Positions 59,285 through 64,000 of a stretch of 64,000 nucleotides of DNA are shown piece after piece; the stretch's first letter is position 1; each line of letters starts with the position of its first letter. The stretch lies in the NCBI RefSeq assembly GCF_009914755.1, contig NC_060935.1; one strand, written 5' to 3'. A program made the position numbers and the translations under genes. Under the pieces are notes generated by a model. That model saw only the letters and a program-made list of their open reading frames with translations, did not search any database and was not told the origin of the DNA. This DNA is from the human T2T-CHM13v2.0 reference genome, Homo sapiens.

Positions 59285-60486
59285 TCAGACTGAGGGCCTT
59301 GGGAAGGGAGGGAGCTGAGCAGCCTGGTCAGGACAGGGATATGTGGCCATGCAAGGGTAGACGTTTAAGTGGCAAAACAGGGCTCACCTACAGACAACCT
59401 CAAAAGTGAGGCAGAGGCCTGGGCTGGCTAGACTCAGTGGGAAAAGCCCTCAGGCTCAGGACAACCAAAGAGCATGGAGATGCACTTTCCAATTCAGTGG
59501 GCAGGACGCTTGGGGCTGAGAACTGGAGTACACACGTTCTTAGTGTGGGAAGAGCTTTAGAAATTACAATCATGATGCTTCTGTGAGCTTTCCATTTAAA
59601 AAAAAAAAAATCTCATACAACCTTAATACAACCCTACAGGAAAGATGTTTTTTTTTTTTCCCCCATTTTATATGTTAGGAAACAGAGTCTCAAACAGGTC
59701 TTAAATAACTAGCCCAAGACCATATAATAAATGGCAGAACTGGGATAAAACTGAAGAGGTGATGCTCTAAAGCCTGTGCTCTCGACCTCCACACTCCTTG
59801 ATGAGTGAAATGTTGAGCTGGTAGGAATCGGTAGCTTTATATTTCACAATTGAGAGAAGGTTTGCTGAGGGGGTGAATCATCCTTTTTGGATGGTGGTGT
59901 GCTCTTTATCAGTAGGTGATGCAGTAGAAGATAGTTTCCCCAGTCTACCTTCCCTCATAGTGAGCCATGGTGGATGTCACAGCTGATCTGGTGGCTGTCA
60001 CTTCAGGGCTGGGTTAGGAGTGATTACAAAAAAATTGTGAAATATATCATGCATACACAAAAATGTATATAATGTATCCATACAGTGTAAAGATGAACAT
60101 TGTCTGTTCACCGTTCAGTTAAGCATTAGAACATTGCCTATACGTGTGAGGCCTTTTTTTTTCTCTTTTAAAAATCTATGGCAATATGCAAAGGCTGGGA
60201 GGACAAGCCCCAGAGAATGGAAATCTTGGGAAATGAGCACTGAGTAGGTTCCTGAGTCTGGGTTTCAGAGTCTCCCACTTGGAGGTGGCAGGCTATGCTT
60301 CTCAGCAGGTGCCTCGTTGTTGCAGTGTGGGGATAAATGGCTGCCCAGAACACAGAATACCCTCCCTTCAGCTATGTGGCGGGCCTCTGGGGACAGATGC
60401 ACATGGTTCTGCTGCTCACTACTGGTGTGACTATGGAGAAGTCACTTACTGTCCCCAAGCCTTGATTCTCTCATCTGTAAAATGTG

Positions 60487-60816
<330 letters not shown>

Positions 60817-62739
60817 TTAATGACATCTACCCCAGAGGGCTGTTGTGAAGACTGTCAGGATTCAATGAAATAATTCGTGTTGATGCTCTTGGGATGGGGC
60901 CTGGCACGTTATAAAAGTTAGCTGCCCCTATATTTTTTTTGTTTTATATTTAGCACTATATACAGAAAACATGGCTACAGTCCTTGCCTTTCCTGCACTT
61001 AAAATTTACTACTGTTTTTCATGCCTTAGGTGGGGCCAGCGAGTTCTGATCATTATTATTTTTCTAGTAGTGCCTTTCTTAGGACACAAGGTCACTATCA
61101 GTCAGTTTGACCCTTCCTTTCAAGTGAACAGCCTCCCCAGTCATGTGTTTTGGTCTCATTGCTGGAGCTCTTCCAACTCCTGTCCCACAAGGGTATGGTC
61201 ACTTGACCACTGCACTGGAGGCTGGAACTTGTTCTACATTTACTGGAAGTGTGACTTTGGGCAAGTCACCAATGACCTCATCTCTAAGATGATGGGCAGG
61301 ATTAGAGCAGTAGATTGGTCTCTCAGACCTTCGGGGGCTTCATGCTAAGGATCTTTAGTGTACAAGACCTTTAATATTCTTCCTGAGTTTCCACTGGATT
61401 CTTTCTGCCCCGTCTTGAATTAATTGTTTGTTTACTAAACTGACATTTCTTGAGTATCTACTGGGCTAGGTGGCAAGCATAAAAGGATGAGTCAGTACTG
61501 GTTGTTGCTCTAGCAGAGTGCCTGCTGTCATGGGGGTAGCCAGAGCTGGACCTCCCTTTCAGGTAGGGTCTTATAGGAAAATTCCACTGGAAAACTGAGA
61601 TGCCTCTTCTACTGTAGTGCAAATAGATTTATCTTTCAGTTCAGACCTCTTTTTGGGCCCTTTCTCCTGAGACTGGGAGATTCTTTGTTTCATAATTGCT
61701 TCCCTGAAGTGACCTCAACTGTCTTTTCTTATTGAAAGGTCATAGTTTACATCCAGGGACATTATGACAATGACATGCAAAGCTCCTTTGTTTTCTAGAG
61801 GCTTAACTTCACAAACCTCAGGATGCAAATTTTGGGAACTGACCATTGAGCTTTTGAAGGTGATCTGCTGTGCTGGTTGCACATTATTTTCCTCAGGCTT
61901 CTTCTCGATCTGAAATGTACCTTTTTATGCGTTTATCTTGCATCTGTTAACTCTGGCATGTTCAAATGGTTTCTGTTAACCCCCTGATTTCATTAGCCAA
62001 GAGTTTCTACTTCACGTTCTTGCTTTCTTTGATATAAACAAGCAAAACACATTTGTACCTTGTGGGGCCTATGAGTAATAGGAGCCAACCATTACCATTT
62101 AGCGATTGAGCTTTCCTTGTATAAGCCAGTATGTTCATAGCAGCAATGATAGTTCTCCTTTTTACAAAAATCTGTACTTGGTGCAGTAAGTACTTAGTGC
62201 TGTTAAATACTGAAGAGTATTGTGTGTGCAGCTATAGAACTGGTTTTTCTCGCTTGTTGCAGTCTTAACTGCTTTCTGTGGCTAAATTCTCCTAAGTGTG
62301 TTTCTAGGCATAAGTTAGGACAGTTTTTATGCTGATCACTAGTGCTATAATATAATTCATAGTTGTCATCATTAGTCACAAGGTACCCTTAGCCACATCC
62401 TTGCCAGGAAAAGGAATATGAACTACGAATGAGCACCTGTCTCCCTCTTTCTATTCTTCTTGGGACGGGCTAAGCTTCATGCATTTGCTGCATGAAAAAC
62501 ATATTTATAACTATCTCCCATCCAACCTCCTCTTCACATCCTCCTCTCCCAGTCATTTATACTGGGAGCTTTTGCAGCATTTTTTCATTGTTCTTCCTCA
62601 CTCTCCATGTGGTTCTGTCTTTGCAGTGTCTCCCTGACTTATACTACTCTGTTTCCTTAGACTCTTGCCACCTTCCTAATTTATCACCTTCTAGTGTCTT
62701 GCTTGGCATGGTGGAACAGCCACCTGACTGATTTCCCCT

Positions 62740-63420
<681 letters not shown>

Positions 63421-63438
63421 ATTTTTAAGTTCAGAGCT

Positions 63439-63978
63439 AGGCTTGGTGGCTCACACCTGTAATCCCAGCTACTCGGCAGGCCAAGGCAGGAGGATCACTT
63501 GATCCCAGGAGTTCAAGGATGTTACAATGAACCGTAATCATGCTACTATACTCTAGCCAGGGTGACAGGGTAAGACCCTGTCTCTTAAAAACAAAAAACT
63601 CCAAACAATTGGGTCCAATTTTCATTCAGCTGTCATACAAGTAACATTACCAACCCTTCTTCAACACCTGAATTTGGGTTAAATGTGGTGGCTCACGCCT
63701 GTAATCTCAGCACTTTGGGAGGCTAAGGGTAGAGAATTGCTTGAACCCATGAGTTCAAAACCAGCTTAAGCAACATAGTGAGACCCCATGTCCAAAAAAA
63801 AAATAAAAATTAGCCAGACATGGTGGTATGCACCTGTTGTCCTAGCTCCTCAGGAGGCTGAGGTGGAAGGATCACTTGAGCCAGGAGGTTGAGGTTTCAG
63901 TGAGCCATAATCACACCACTGCACTCCAGCCTGGGTGACAGAGAGAGACCCTGTCTCAAACAAACAAACAAACAAAAC
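63439..63978 (+). mobile_element. Alu monomer (about 63439-63600) and AluJ-like element (about 63677-63978)
   Basis: Alu consensus. Confidence 0.9.
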
Positions 63979-64000
63979 CCAAACCCTGAATTTGATTCCC

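Overview
Primate, almost certainly human, genomic DNA: the 5' variable region of GRAMD1B (Aster-B, ER-plasma-membrane cholesterol transporter, chr11q24.1), transcribed on the + strand. Two exons are recognised from the recalled protein sequence: a 78-nt internal exon (5144-5221, SQQSSQQSSHDDDSSRFLSPRAREES) and the first coding exon of the short isoform (50508-50530, MKGFKLSC). Both end in a phase-2 donor. Between and after them lie further ATG-to-donor cassettes with strong Kozak context that also end in phase 2 (16177-16286, 35000-35061, weaker 55129-55148). This suggests an array of alternative first exons that graft different N-termini onto a shared downstream exon lying outside the window. 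The rest is intron, dense in Alu, L1, L2, MIR, L3/CR1, MaLR LTRs and Tigger/Charlie DNA transposons. Other notable structure: a probable ~830-bp retrotransposed non-repeat insertion whose 5' junction is copied from 2.4 kb downstream, several local duplications, a DR4 (LXRE-like) element, CTCF motifs and uORFs. No prokaryotic-type system, CRISPR array or RNA gene was found, and none of the ORF-track entries is credible as a standalone gene. Repeat boundaries and subfamily calls were made by eye and are approximate.
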